Assembly (NCBI GenBank): GCA_963733375.1
Contig: CAVTDB010000009.1
Span: forward strand, 1 to 64,000
DNA length: 64,000 nucleotides
DNA from: Nitrospirota bacterium
GTDB lineage: Bacteria > Nitrospirota > JACRHJ01
Direction of reading: 5' to 3'
In this document: positions 10,903-24,924 of the stretch, in pieces
Layout: each line of letters starts with the position of its first letter
Position numbering within the stretch: the stretch's first letter is position 1
The notes under the pieces: generated by a model
Told to the model about the DNA's origin: nothing
Database searches by the model: none
Seen by the model: only the letters and a program-made list of their open reading frames with translations
Made by a program: the position numbers and the translations under genes

Positions 10903-11886
10903 TTAGATTCCTATCGCGTCCCGGACTTCCGCCATCGTCTGCCCGGCGATTTCTTTCGCCCTTTCGTCGCCTGCGCCAAGCACCGACTCCAGGTAATCCG
11001 GCCTCGCCAGGAGTTCCTGCCGCTTTTTGTATATAGGCTCAAGCTGGGCCAGCATGTACTCGCCGAGGCGCTTCTTGCAGTCCACGCAGCCGATCGCGGC
11101 CTCACGGCAGGCGTCGGCTATCTCCGGCCTCTCGGCCTCAGGCGTATAGATGCTGTGAAAGACGAACGCGGTGCAGATTTCCGGGTTGCCGGGGTCGGTG
11201 CGTTTCACGCGCGCCGGGTCCGTCACCATCATCTTTATTTTCCCCCGCATCTCGTCCGGGCCGTCGGATATGTATATCGCGTTCCCGTAGCTTTTGGACA
11301 TCTTCCGGCCGTCCAGGCCCGGCACCTTCGGGGCCTCGGTCAGCAGCGCCTGCGGCTCCGGGAATACCGGCTTGTAGATGTTATTGAACCGCCGTGCGAT
11401 CTCGCGCGTAAGCTCTAAGTGCGGGAGCTGGTCGATACCCACCGGCACGACGTCCGCCTTGTATATCAGGATGTCCGCCGCCATCAGCACCGGATAGCCG
11501 AGGAAGCCGAAGTTGGTAAGGTCCTTGTCCGTGATGTTCTCCATCTGCTCTTTGTAGGTCGGGTTCCGCTCCAGCCAGGGGAGCGGGGTAATCATCGAGA
11601 GATAGAGGAACAGCTCGGCATGTTCCAGGATGGACGACTGGGTAAATATGGTGCATTTCTCCGGGTCCAGCCCGGCGGCAAGGAGGTCCACCAGCAGGTC
11701 GCGCTTCGCCGCCCGGAGGTCTTTAGTGTCCTCGTAGTTCGTGGTGAGGGCGTGCCAGTCCGCGATGAAGAAGAACGACTCGTATTTTTCCTGGAGGGAC
11801 TTCCAGTTCTCTACCGCGCCAAGTAGGTTGCCAAGCTGCATCTTGCCCGTGGGGCGCATACCGGAAAGAACTCTTTTTACGGACAT
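10903..11886 (-). CDS. trpS: Tryptophan--tRNA ligase
   Basis: SGMRPTG, YPVLMAADIL, VPVGIDQ, KMSKS. Confidence 0.98.
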   Translation of the reverse strand: MSVKRVLSGMRPTGKMQLGNLLGAVENWKSLQEKYESFFFIADWHALTTNYEDTKDLRAAKRDLLVDLLAAGLDPEKCTIFTQSSILEHAELFLYLSMITPLPWLERNPTYKEQMENITDKDLTNFGFLGYPVLMAADILIYKADVVPVGIDQLPHLELTREIARRFNNIYKPVFPEPQALLTEAPKVPGLDGRKMSKSYGNAIYISDGPDEMRGKIKMMVTDPARVKRTDPGNPEICTAFVFHSIYTPEAERPEIADACREAAIGCVDCKKRLGEYMLAQLEPIYKKRQELLARPDYLESVLGAGDERAKEIAGQTMAEVRDAIGI

Positions 11887-11918
11887 CTTAAATAAAATAC
11901 CTTTCTTCAAAAGAACGC

Positions 11919-12635
11919 TCAGTATGCCGCGATCATCAGGAATATATTTATAAACACGTTCACTATCACAGAGAAGAACATCTGCGTCTGCGGTATGACG
12001 AAGACAAGCAGGACTATGACCAGAAGCCCGAACGGTTCAATCTTGCTGTAGGTATACGCCGCGCGCACAGGCAGAAGCCCCACCAGCACCCTGCCGCCGT
12101 CCAGCGGCGGCACCGGTATCATGTTCAGCACCATAAGGACTGAGTTGATGAGTATAGACGCCTTCAGCATCAGGACGATGGGTACCAGAAACGACATGCT
12201 CATCCCGTATGTCCGGAGCACGTCCGGCGCCAGGTCCCTGCCCGCAAGCCCTATCGCCTCCGGCTGAGACATTATAATGAGCCTCAGGATGAGCGCGCTT
12301 ATCACCGCCAGGACGAAGTTGGTCGCCGGGCCGGAAAGGGCGACCCATACCATGTCCCGCTTCGGGTTCCGAAGGGCGGCGAAATTTACAGGGACGGGTT
12401 TCGCCCAGCCGAAGAGGAAGCGGGAACCCATGATTATCAGGGCGAGAGGCAGGATTACCGTCCCGATGGGGTCGATATGTTTGAGGGGGTTCAGGGTCAG
12501 CCGGCCGGCCTTGCGGGCGGTGGAATCGCCGAATTTCTCCGCGACCCAGCCATGCATGACCTCGTGCAGTATAATCGCGATGAGGACCGGCATCGCGTAA
12601 ATCGAAATACCCCTGGCAATCCCGCCTATATCCAA
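11919..12635 (-). CDS. Site-2 (M50) intramembrane metalloprotease
   Basis: HEVMH, WAKPVPVN, GPATN, NMIPVPPLDG. Confidence 0.95.
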   Translation of the reverse strand: MDIGGIARGISIYAMPVLIAIILHEVMHGWVAEKFGDSTARKAGRLTLNPLKHIDPIGTVILPLALIIMGSRFLFGWAKPVPVNFAALRNPKRDMVWVALSGPATNFVLAVISALILRLIIMSQPEAIGLAGRDLAPDVLRTYGMSMSFLVPIVLMLKASILINSVLMVLNMIPVPPLDGGRVLVGLLPVRAAYTYSKIEPFGLLVIVLLVFVIPQTQMFFSVIVNVFINIFLMIAAY

Positions 12636-12852
12636 TCGTTAAGTCCCCCCTCTTGCCCCTTGCCAAGAATAAAATTTACTATAAAAATCGAAATGTTGAT
12701 GATAGTGGAAGGGGCATGGAAAGTCAAGGAATTTCCCCTTGCAAATAGGCCGGTTGTAAACTATGCTAAATGTTATGGAAAGGGCGTGACGACCCCTTTG
12801 CCATCTTAAGACTGACGGGGGATTTCGGGAGTTATGGAAATATCTTAAACGC

Positions 12853-12883
12853 ATTACCTGTCCAGAGCGGAGCGAAGACAGAA
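12853..12883. repeat. Short repeat, copy 1 (copy 2 lies inside the NFACT gene)
   Basis: ATTACCTGTCCAGAGCGGAGCGAAGACAGAA, near-identical to 31271-31302. Confidence 0.75.
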
Positions 12884-13787
12884 TGGAAAAAACCGTTCTA
12901 AAATATCTCGATTATTTAGCCGTCGAGAAAGGGCTGTCCAAAAACACCCTCGAATCCTATGGCCGGGACTTGGGTAAGTATGCAGGTTTCCTTGAAAATA
13001 AAGGGGTCGCCAGCTTCTCCGCGGCGGGCCGCACGGAGATGCGTGAGCTGGTCGAGAGCCTTATACGCTCCGGCCTCTCAAGCGCTTCGGTGGCCAGGAC
13101 GCTGGCGGCGGTAAAGGGCCTGCACAGGTTCCTTCTGCTGGAAGGCCTGTCGAAGACAGACCCGACGGAGGCGCTGGAGACGCCGAAACGGGGTCTACAG
13201 CTCCCCAAGGCCCTGACAGGCGCGGAGGTGGAAGCCATCCTTGCCGCACCGGCCGGTGACGGGCCTGAGACCCCCGCGGGCTGGAAGCCATCCGCGACAG
13301 GGCCATGCTGGAGACGATGTATGCGGCGGGCCTCCGGGTGAGCGAGCTTGTAGGGCTTCCATCCGACGGGGTAAACTTTGAAGTCGGGTTCCTGAAGGTT
13401 ACCGGGAAAGGCTCCAAGGACAGGCTCATCCCCCTGGGGCAGGCGGCGCTTGTCAGCATCCGCCAATACCTGGAAGCTTCCCGCCCGCTGTTACTGAAGC
13501 AAAGGGAATGCGCCGCCCTGTTCGTCACCCGCAGGGGCCATGGGATGACAAGGCAGGGCTTCTGGAAGATAGTCGGGAAGTACGCCAGAAAGGCCGGGAT
13601 AAAGAAGGACATATCCCCGCACATGCTGCGGCACTCTTTCGCGACGCACCTCCTGGAACACGGGGCGGACCTCCGGAGCGTGCAGATGATGCTTGGGCAT
13701 GCGGATATATCCACGACGCAGATTTATACCAAGGTGGAAGTGTCGCGTCTTAAAAAGATGCACGAAGAGATGCACCCCAGGGGATAA
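12883..13787 (+). CDS. xerD: Tyrosine recombinase XerD (one apparent indel ~13285)
   Basis: [74 protein letters not shown]. Confidence 0.94.
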
Positions 13788-13830
13788 GAGCTAGCAGCAA
13801 GTCCGGCCATTCAGATTGGAGTGGCAGATA

Positions 13831-16537
13831 ATGGATAAGAATTTATCTATGGACGTAATCACCTGCCACTTAAACGCGGATTTCGACGCCGTCGCATCGA
13901 TGATGGCGGCGAAGAAGCTGTATCCGGACGCCCACCTGGTATTCCCCGGCGCGCAGGAGAGGAGCATCCGCGAGTTCTTCCTGAGCAGCACGCTCTACGC
14001 CTTGAAGTTCGACCGGATAAAGAACATCGATTTAAATAAAATCGACCGGCTCATACTGGTGGACACCAAGAGCCGCGAGCGCATCGGCAGGTTTGCGGAA
14101 ATAATCGACAAGCCCGGGCTGAAAATCCATATATACGACCACCACCCGTTCACGGACGACGACATACGCGGGGAATTCGAGATGGTGGAGCAGCTTGGCG
14201 CCTGCACGACGATTTTCGTGGAGCTTTTCCAGAAGAAAGAAATCGAGATAACCTCGTTAGAGGCGACGGTAATGGCGCTGGGTCTTTACGAAGAGACCGG
14301 CTCGATGGCCTTCGCCTCCACCACGCCCAGGGACATTACCGCCGCCGCATGGGTCCTGTCAAAAGGCGCGAACTTGAATATCGTCTCGGACTTCATAACG
14401 CGCGAGCTGGACGCGGAGCAGATAAGCCTTTTAAACGACCTGCTGAAATCCATGACCGCCTATAACATTGGCGGGATAAAAGTTGTAATCGCCCAGGCCT
14501 CCACGCCGCGCTACATCCAGGACCTGGCGATAATAACGCACAAGATAAGGGACATAGAGAACCTGGACGCGCTGTTCTGCGTGGTGCGGATGGAGGACCG
14601 CGTCCACCTGGTCGCAAGGAGCCGTGTAAGTGAAGTAGACGCGGGCCGCGTAGCATCCGGGCTTGGCGGGGGCGGGCATCCGACCGCCGCGTCCGCTACG
14701 ATACGCGACACGAACCTTGAGAATGTCGTGGAGCGTCTCCTGGACGTGCTGAAGAAGAGCGTGCACCCCGTGAAGATGGCCCAGGACATAATGACGAAGC
14801 CCGTGATAACCGTCCGGGACAGCGCTACCATTACCGAGGCGGGGGAGGACATGACGCGCTACAGCGTGAACGTCCTTCCGGTGCTGAGAGCGGGGAAGCT
14901 GGTCGGGCTGGTGACGCGCGAGGTCGTGCAGAAATCAATCTTCCACGGGCTGGGAGACAGGCTTGTCAGCGAGCTGATGTCCACGGATTTCAAGACCATA
15001 TCGGAGGACACGTCTTTCAAGACCATCGAAGACATAATGATCCGGCACACCCAGCGTTTCCTGCCGGTCGTGGAAAAGGGAAAGGTAATCGGTGCGATAA
15101 CGCGGACGGACCTTTTGCGCACCCTCCAGGACGGGCTTATGGAACGCGAAAGGGTGGGGCCGAAATACAAGGGGGACGAGGGTTACGGGAAGAATATCGC
15201 GAGCCTCGTCCGGGAGCGCCTGCCGGCTTATACCCTGGAGCTTCTCCACGATATAGGCAAGACGGCGGATGAAATGGGCATTTCGGCCTTTGCGGTCGGG
15301 GGGTTCGTGCGGGACCTCCTGATAAACGTGGAGAACTTCGACCTGGACGTGGTCGTGGAAGGGGACGGCATCCACTTCGCGTATGAAGTCGCGAAGAAAT
15401 ACGGCGCGCGCGTCCGGCCGCACCATAAGTTCGGCACCGCCGTCGTCGTCCTCCCCGGCGGCCAGAAGTTCGACGTCGCCACCGCCCGCACGGAATACTA
15501 CGAGTATCCCGCGGCGCTCCCGACGGTGGAGCTGGGTTCCATAAAGAAGGACCTATACCGGCGCGATTTCACCGTCAACGCCCTTGCCATCAGGATAAAC
15601 GAGAAGGGTTTCGGCGAACTGATGGACTTCTTCGGCGGACAGCGCGACCTGAAAGACAAGGCCATACGCGTGCTCCATAACCTGAGCCTGATAGAGGACC
15701 CGACAAGGGCGTTTCGCGCGATAAGGTTCGAGGTGCGGATGGGGTTCACCATCTCGAAACATACGCAGGAACTGATAAAGAGCGCGGTGAAGATGGACCT
15801 TTTCCACCGCCTCGCCGGGGGCAGGGTATATTCCGAACTGCGGCTGATATTCAAGGAGACCGCGCCGCTCTCGGCTATGAAGCGGATGGAGGATTTCGGG
15901 CTTTTAAGGTTCATCCATCCGAAGTTCAAGGTCACGCGGGAGATGGAGTCGATTTTTTCATCGATTTCGGAAACGCTCGCGTGGTTCAAGCTTCTGTTCC
16001 TGGACATGGAAGCGGACTCGTGGCTGGTATATTTCATGGGGCTGTTCGACCCTCTGACGGAGAAAGAGGCGGCCGAGCTTGCGGCCAGCCTCACGGTTCC
16101 GGAGAGGCACGTCAAAAAACTGCGTACGGCCAAGCGCGAAGGAAAGCGGGTCCTCGGGGAGTTTTACCGCCAGCCCGATATTACGCCGTACCAGGTCTAT
16201 CTCCTTCTCTCTCCGCTGCCCGTGGAGGCGCTCCTTTACATGATGGCGAAGACGAAGACGGCAAGCTCGAAAAAACATGTATCGATGTACCTCACGCAGT
16301 ACAGGGACGTCCAGACGGACTTGACCGGCGACGACCTGATGGAGATGGGGCTTCAGCCAGGCCCGCATTTCAAGAAACTGCTGGCCGAGCCTGCTGGAGG
16401 CGAAGATGGACGGGAAGCTCACGAACCGCGCGGAAGAGGAGAGGTTTATAAAGGAGCGCATCAGAGAACAGCCTGAGCTTCTGAAGGCGGGGCTGGTTGC
16501 CAAGATCCGGAAAAGTCCCGGCGGGGGGGCGGCTTGA
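13831..16537 (+). CDS. DHH-DHHA1-CBS-CBS-tRNA nucleotidyltransferase (CCA/A-adding type); indel near the 3' end
   Basis: H.NADFD, DHH, GGGGH, CBS pair, VGGFVRD..DLDVV, DL.RRDFTVNA, EDPTRAFRA. Confidence 0.93.
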
Positions 16538-17370
16538 AGCGGCTTATAGTAAATGCGGACGATTTCGGGATGGCCGAGTCCGTCAACGACGGCATTATCA
16601 AGGGCCATCAACATGGCATAATAACCTCGGCCTCTTTCATGGCCGGGGCGAAGGCGGCAGAACACGCCGCAATACTCGCAAGGGACAACCCGTCCCTCGG
16701 GGTCGGCGTCCACCTCTGCCTGACATTGGTAAGGCCGGTCGCGGACCCGGCGAAAATCCCCAGCCTCGCGCCTCGCGGCCTGCTTCCGGGCGGCCCGTTC
16801 CCGCTTATGTCCCGCCTGCTATTCGGCTCCATAAAGATCGACGAGGTCGAGATTGAACTGCGCGCCCAGATAGAACGGACACTCGCGCTGGGGATAAAAC
16901 CGGACCATATCGACGGCCATCAGCACGTGCACATGATGAAGCGGGTATTCGATGTCGTGATGAAGCTGGCGGAGGAATACGCCATCCCCGCCATGCGCTA
17001 CCCGGTCGGGCCGGACGCCGGACAAGACCCGCGAGTCGCGCCCGTCCGTCGGCTTGAGAAATCAGATATTTGAGGGCATCGCAAAGAAAAACAGGCGCGC
17101 AATCGAAAACGCCGGGATAAAGGTCCCGGACTATTTCTTCGGATTTGCCGAGACGGGAAATCTTGATACGGAAAAACTGCTGAACATCCTGAAAAATCTC
17201 CCGGACGGGACGAGCGAGCTGATGTGCCACCCCGGGCTTCCGAGCGAAAACTATGCGGAAGATAACTGGGGCAAAGGCTGGGGAACGGAGCTTGAGGCGG
17301 TGACGGACGAACGATAAAAGCAGGTAAAGGAAGATGATATAGAGCTAATAAAATTCAGTTCTTTAATCAA
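16534..17370 (+). CDS. ChbG/HpnK/YdjC-family deacetylase (indels; 3' end approximate)
   Basis: LIVNADDFG, GVHL, HIDGHQHVH, ELMCHPG. Confidence 0.88.
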
Positions 17371-17392
17371 GAAGCATCATAGTTCCTTTAAC

Positions 17393-18133
17393 TTAACTGA
17401 TATCCCCCAACTCGTATTGAATAATACGTCAGCGCCGCGATACCCGCCGTCTCCGTCCTTAATATCCGGGGGCCAAGGCCCGCCGTGACGAAACCTGCCG
17501 CCTCCGCTTCCAATACCTCGTCATCCGTAAACCCGCCCTCCGGGCCGACCAGCAAGGCGACGCTTTTAACATCGCCGCAACCATGCAGGAGCTCGCGCAG
17601 GCCGCGCGTCTTCTCGCCTTCATAAAAAATAATCTTCAGGTCGAAGCACCGGGCGCGCTCTACGAACATGGGCAGGTCCATGAAGCAGGAAATCTCCGGC
17701 ACGCGATACCCTGCCGGACTGCCTGCGCCGCTTCCACCGCGACCTTCCTGAGCCGCGCCAGCTTTTTCTCCGCATCATGTATATCCGGCCTCTTTATGGA
17801 ACGCTCCATGAGCACCGGCAGGATTTCCGTCACGCCGAGTTCCACCGCCTTCTGCACGACGTACTCCATCTTCTCGGACTTCGGCACGCCCTGCCCAAGC
17901 AGGGTCTGGAGGCGAGATTCGCTCTCTCTTTTCAGAGTCCCGGTTATGGTGACTTCAGCGGATTTCTGGTTCAGGGATTTTATTACCGCGCTGTACTCGC
18001 GGGTGCCGTCAAAGAGGGTGAGATGGTCGCCCGGCTTCATCCGCAGGACGCGGAACAATTTTTTCGCGTCGTCTTCTGGCAGCGTCGCCGAATCTTTTTT
18101 TATGCTTTCCGGTTTTACGAATATCCTGGGCAA
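17393..18133 (-). CDS. rsmE: 16S rRNA m3U1498 methyltransferase (indels)
   Basis: RVLRM..GD, QKAVELGV, EAA.Q, VGPEGGF, LGPRILRTETA. Confidence 0.94.
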
Positions 18134-18174
18134 TGTGCATTTTATTCCAAATTACCCTCGGTGGGGGGGGTGCC

Positions 18175-19308
18175 CTATTCGGACGCCGTGCCGATTAAGT
18201 CCTTGACCTTTTCCCAGAACCCCTTGCCGATGGGGTTGTTATTATCTTTTTTGGAGATGGACTCAAACTCCTTCAGAAGCTCTACCTGCCGGGCGGTCAG
18301 GTTCGACGGCGTCTCCACGACTACGCGCACGTTCTCGTCGCCGACGCCGTAGCCCCGCACGTTCGGGATTCCTTTACCCTTCAAGCGAAAGACTTTGCCC
18401 GTCTGAGTACCGGCGGGGATTTTAAGCTTCATCTTCTCGCGCAGGGTAGGCGCCTCTATCTCTCCGCCGAGCGCGGCGGTCGTAATGCTGATGGGGACCT
18501 CGCACCAGACGTCGTCTTCGTCCCTGACGAATATCGGATGCTCGTTGACCTTTATCACGATGAAGAGGTCGCCGTGCGGCCCGCCATGCATTCCCGGCTC
18601 GCCCTCTCCGGAGAGCCTGAGCCTGCTCCCGGTTTCCACGCCTGGCGGTATCTTCACCTTCATCGTCTTCTCGTGCTCGACGGTCTTATGGCCCTTGCAC
18701 TGCGGGCACGGGTTGGTGATGACTTGCCCTTCGCCCCTGCACGCCGGGCAGGTCCTGGCGATTGTAAAGAATCCCTGCTGTACCCTCTGCTGGCCGGTGC
18801 CGCGGCAGGCGGAACAGGTCTTCGGGTGCGTGCCGGGCTTGCAGCCGGTCCCGCCGCAGGTGGGGCAGTTCTCCGTCTTCGGTATCCGTATCTCGGTCTC
18901 CTTGCCGAAGGCCGCGTCCTCAAACGAGATGGTCATGCTGTAGCGCAGGTCCGCGCCCCTCGCGCGCGTGAGCGGCCATGGCCCGCCGCGCGCTCCGAAC
19001 ATGTCCCCGAATATGTCGCCGAATATGTCGCCGAAATCGCCCCGGCCTCCGAAGCCGCCGCCACCGCCGCCGCCCATCCCCTCGACGCCGGCAAACCCGT
19101 ACTGGTCGTATGCCGCGCGCTTCTGCGGGTCGGAGAGCACCTCGTAGGCCTGCGTCGCCTCCTTGAACTTATCTCCCGACTCCTGGTGGTTTTCGGGGTT
19201 CTTGTCCGGGTGGTGCTTCATCGCAAGGCGGCGGTACGCCTTCTTTATCTCCGTATCGCTTGCGTTTTGATGTACGCCTAAAATTTCGTAGTAATCTCGC
19301 TTAGCCAA
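18175..19308 (-). CDS. dnaJ: Chaperone DnaJ
   Basis: J domain with HPD, G/F-rich region, four CxxCxGxG motifs. Confidence 0.98.
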   Translation of the reverse strand: MAKRDYYEILGVHQNASDTEIKKAYRRLAMKHHPDKNPENHQESGDKFKEATQAYEVLSDPQKRAAYDQYGFAGVEGMGGGGGGGFGGRGDFGDIFGDIFGDMFGARGGPWPLTRARGADLRYSMTISFEDAAFGKETEIRIPKTENCPTCGGTGCKPGTHPKTCSACRGTGQQRVQQGFFTIARTCPACRGEGQVITNPCPQCKGHKTVEHEKTMKVKIPPGVETGSRLRLSGEGEPGMHGGPHGDLFIVIKVNEHPIFVRDEDDVWCEVPISITTAALGGEIEAPTLREKMKLKIPAGTQTGKVFRLKGKGIPNVRGYGVGDENVRVVVETPSNLTARQVELLKEFESISKKDNNNPIGKGFWEKVKDLIGTASE

Positions 19309-19344
19309 CTAACATTCTCCGGTTAAAACAGATTTAGCAAACCA

Positions 19345-19375
19345 TAAGCCCAGCCCATTTTCAGGGCCGGGCTTA
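19345..19375 (-). terminator. Hairpin between dnaK and dnaJ
   Basis: TAAGCCCAGCCC-attttca-GGGCCGGGCTTA. Confidence 0.5.
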
Positions 19376-19410
19376 GATATTATCTCACAGTATGGAGGCT
19401 AATTCAACTC

Positions 19411-22063
<2,653 letters not shown>

Positions 22064-22099
22064 CTCAAAGGCTTGAAAAAATTATCTACAATTATAGCA

Positions 22100-23134
22100 C
22101 TATCTCTCGCTTAGTAACCTGCCCAGCACCCTGGCCGTGCAGTCCACCAGCGGGATAACGGTATTGTACGGCATCCGGGACGGGCCGATGACGCCCAGCG
22201 TCCCGACAATATTGCCTTCGCTCCTGTAGCTGGCGATGACCAGGCTCACGCCCTGCATCTCGAAACATTTATTCTCGGAGCCGATGAATACCTGCACCCC
22301 GTCCGCGTCTATGGCCATATCGAGTAGCTTCAACAGCCTGTGTTTTTCCTCGAATGCTACAAAGAGTTCCTTCATCCTGTCGTAGTCCTTGAAGTCCGGG
22401 ATGTTGAACATCTCCGACAGCCCGCCGACAAAAAGCTCGCCTTCCGTCTCCGTCTCGCCTTCCTGGGGCGCATCCTGCCAGACCTTCATCAGGTTCATCA
22501 GCAGGCGGGTATATTTATTTTTATCGTCCTCCATCAGCTTGAGGACTCTCGCGCGCATTTCCCGAAGGGTCTTCCCGGCCATCTCCTGGTTCAGGAATGC
22601 CGATACCTGCTCCAGGTCCCTTTGCGTCAGGTCTTCTTCCAGCTGGATCATCCTGTTATGGATGATGCCCGCGTTCGATACGAATATGGCCAGGACGCGC
22701 TTGCCCGTCAGGCGTATGAACTCGACCTGCTTATAGACCGTTTCCGCGGGCTTCGGAGCCATCACGATGCCGGTATAATGAGACAGGCCGGAAAGCAGTT
22801 TCGTGGTCTCCTGCATCAACTGGTGGAAGTCCTCCCTGTGGAGCGGATAATTCAGGATCTCCTCCTCCTGCGGGCGCGGGAGGCTCCTTACCTCAAGCAG
22901 GGTATCGATATAAAAACGGTACGCCTTGTCGGTCGGTATCCTGCCCGCCGACGTATGCGGCTGGGCAAGGAAACCAAGCTCCTCCAGGTCCGACATGATA
23001 TTCCTGACGGTGGCGGGGGAGATGCCCAGGTTATACCGCTTTGTGACGGTCCTGGAGCCTACCGGCTCAGCCGTGGAAATATAGCTCTGGATGATGGCTT
23101 TCAGGATTTCCCTGCTTCTCTCGTTTAAGTCCAT
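22100..23134 (-). CDS. hrcA: Heat-inducible transcription repressor HrcA
   Basis: EPVGSR, SPATVRN.MSDLEE.G.L.QPHTSAGRIPT, GTLGVIGP.RM.Y. Confidence 0.98.
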   Translation of the reverse strand: MDLNERSREILKAIIQSYISTAEPVGSRTVTKRYNLGISPATVRNIMSDLEELGFLAQPHTSAGRIPTDKAYRFYIDTLLEVRSLPRPQEEEILNYPLHREDFHQLMQETTKLLSGLSHYTGIVMAPKPAETVYKQVEFIRLTGKRVLAIFVSNAGIIHNRMIQLEEDLTQRDLEQVSAFLNQEMAGKTLREMRARVLKLMEDDKNKYTRLLMNLMKVWQDAPQEGETETEGELFVGGLSEMFNIPDFKDYDRMKELFVAFEEKHRLLKLLDMAIDADGVQVFIGSENKCFEMQGVSLVIASYRSEGNIVGTLGVIGPSRMPYNTVIPLVDCTARVLGRLLSER

Positions 23135-23194
23135 GGCCCTTGTCTCCCCCTCCTTTCCGAATTAATCTAACGACTTATTGATTGCCCGGCCTCT

Positions 23195-23221
23195 TTAGCA
23201 CTCAGCTATATAGAGTGCTAA
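23195..23221. promoter_or_regulatory. CIRCE operator (HrcA site)
   Basis: Perfect TTAGCACTC-N9-GAGTGCTAA upstream of hrcA, just downstream of a TTGACT...TAAATT promoter. Confidence 0.97.
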
Positions 23222-23339
23222 TAAAATTTACCAGATTTAGGACGTATTAGTCAAGAAATTTTTAAATAGATAGCCGGAGGATGAAAAAGAAAAAGCGGCC
23301 AATGAATGGCCGCCGATGGAATTTTTCAAGGAGAGCGCT

Positions 23340-23807
23340 TTACCGGCCCATACCGCCGCCCATTCCCCGCCGTCCGGCCCACATGGGGGTGCCGCTGTCG
23401 TCCCGAAGCATCAGCACTAAGCCGCCCTTGCTGAGTTCCTGGGCGATGATAACGGGGCTTCCCTGGAAGGTAACCCTGGAGCCCTTGACTTCCACCTTGT
23501 CTCCAACCTGTATGGCCGGTTTCTGTTTATCGATGTACCATGCGGGGCCAAGATGCACGGAGATATCCCCTTTGTCCGTCTTCAGCGTCAGGTGAATACC
23601 GTAGCTCATGCCCTTCATCGGCATTATTTTATCTACCTTCATCACCTCGCCGGACACCGTCTCAACCGTCTTGGGGTTGAACATCCTGCCGTACTGGCTA
23701 TTCATACCCCAGCCGCCGCCGCGCATTCCCGGCGCGGCATATGAGGTGCCCGCCAGAGACATAGATAAAATGGCAAGCAGTACCAGCCATGGACTGAGTT
23801 TTTTCAT
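23340..23807 (-). CDS. Secreted OB-fold protein (MamS/MamX-like domain)
   Basis: Signal peptide; F.PKTVETVSGEV, VHLGP.WY, GDKVEVKGS, LRD..G.P.W. Confidence 0.7.
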   Translation of the reverse strand: MKKLSPWLVLLAILSMSLAGTSYAAPGMRGGGWGMNSQYGRMFNPKTVETVSGEVMKVDKIMPMKGMSYGIHLTLKTDKGDISVHLGPAWYIDKQKPAIQVGDKVEVKGSRVTFQGSPVIIAQELSKGGLVLMLRDDSGTPMWAGRRGMGGGMGR

Positions 23808-23946
23808 ATTCGCCTCCATTTTTTGAGAGTTGGTCGAAACTGCCGTCCGATGCAGGAAACCTAAAATTAAAATTATAGCTTTCATTATGGACATTGGTTC
23901 AAAATTTGTCAAGGAAGGCGGGTTGGGTATAGATAATCGGACGGCA

Positions 23947-23979
23947 CAAAAAAAACGGCCAGGGAAAATCCCCGGCCGT
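23947..23979 (-). terminator. Terminator after the DUF2892 gene
   Basis: ACGGCC-GGG stem followed by an 8-U run on the minus strand. Confidence 0.6.
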
Positions 23980-23991
23980 AATCTGACAACA

Positions 23992-24214
23992 TTATCTTTT
24001 GCGCGGCCTTTGGCGCCGTGCCCTGCTTGGGCTTGCGGCAGGTGGACAGGCCAAAAATTGCATAGGGCGGGCACCAGCCGATCAGGCCGGTCAAAAGTGG
24101 GACCGCGCCCAGGAAGGCCCAGGGGGATTTCGGCCCGACGAAGCTAAGCGAAATTATGCCTAAGCCAATGAGTACCCTGAAAATTCTCTCGACGCCGCCG
24201 ATGTTTTTGTTCAT
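23992..24214 (-). CDS. DUF2892 (YgaP-like) membrane protein; stop probably shifted by an indel
   Basis: KNIG.VER.FR..IG, LLTGLIGWCP.YAIFGLSTC. Confidence 0.88.
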
Positions 24215-24272
24215 GCTGAAACCTCCATAATGTATTATGCGGCGTATTTTACAGGGCTTATCAAAGGGCGTC

Positions 24273-24288
24273 TGTGATATAAGTCACA
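24273..24288. promoter_or_regulatory. CRP-type binding box
   Basis: TGTGA-tataag-TCACA between the Crp/Fnr gene and the DUF2892 start. Confidence 0.8.
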
Positions 24289-24294
24289 AAAATA

Positions 24295-24924
24295 TCAATC
24301 AATCAGTCTTATCAGGTTCCTGGACAGCGCGACCCGCCCTTTTCTCTCCAGGTCCTTCAGCAGGCGGCTTATGACCTCTCTCGAGGTGCCCAGGTCGGCG
24401 GCAATCTTCTGGTGCGTGGCGGAGAGTCTTCCGGATTCGGATTTATCCTCCAGGTATTCGATAAGCCTCTCGTCCATATGCTTGAACGCGACCTCTTCCA
24501 CCAGCGCCATCACGTTCGAGAGGTTCTGGCCCAGGACCTTGAAGATATATTCCCTCAACTCCTCGTGCTCTCTGGTCAGCCTCCGGAACTCCGGCGCGGG
24601 CAAAAGAAGGGCGTCGCATTCGCCCAGGGTTATTGCAAAGGCAGGCGTCGGGATGCCGGAGAGGATGCAGGACGCGTTGATGATGCATGTGTCTCCCGCG
24701 CCCAGCTCGTAGAGCGTTATCTCCCGCCCGCTCTCCGTCATCTTGAATACCCGGACTTCGCCGGAGATGAGGAAAATGAACATCTGGCAGAAGTCGCCTT
24801 CGGAATAAACGTAATGACCCGGCGGGACGGTCATGCGGCGCGCGGCAGAGAGGATTTCCTCCACCACGCGCTCCGGCATTTTTTGAAAGTCGGGGAATAC
24901 TTCCAGGAATTCCTGTAACTTCAA
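24295..24924 (-). CDS. Crp/Fnr-family transcriptional regulator
   Basis: cNMP-like beta-roll (SGREITLY...GDTC); HTH THQKIAADLGTSREVISRLLK. Confidence 0.95.
   Translation of the reverse strand: MKLQEFLEVFPDFQKMPERVVEEILSAARRMTVPPGHYVYSEGDFCQMFIFLISGEVRVFKMTESGREITLYELGAGDTCIINASCILSGIPTPAFAITLGECDALLLPAPEFRRLTREHEELREYIFKVLGQNLSNVMALVEEVAFKHMDERLIEYLEDKSESGRLSATHQKIAADLGTSREVISRLLKDLERKGRVALSRNLIRLID

Noticed and set aside
12700-12850. Hairpin-containing xerD leader as a riboswitch
   Set aside because: No recognisable conserved aptamer motif by eye; an Rfam cmscan would be needed.
12883-13787. Tyrosine recombinase as a phage or integron integrase
   Set aside because: Sequence and context (scpAB, trpS, CBS-CCA enzyme) fit housekeeping XerD; no attC array seen.
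23340-23807. MamS/MamX-like protein as a sign of a magnetosome island
   Set aside because: Solitary, widespread OB-fold family with no heme motifs and no other mam genes in the window.
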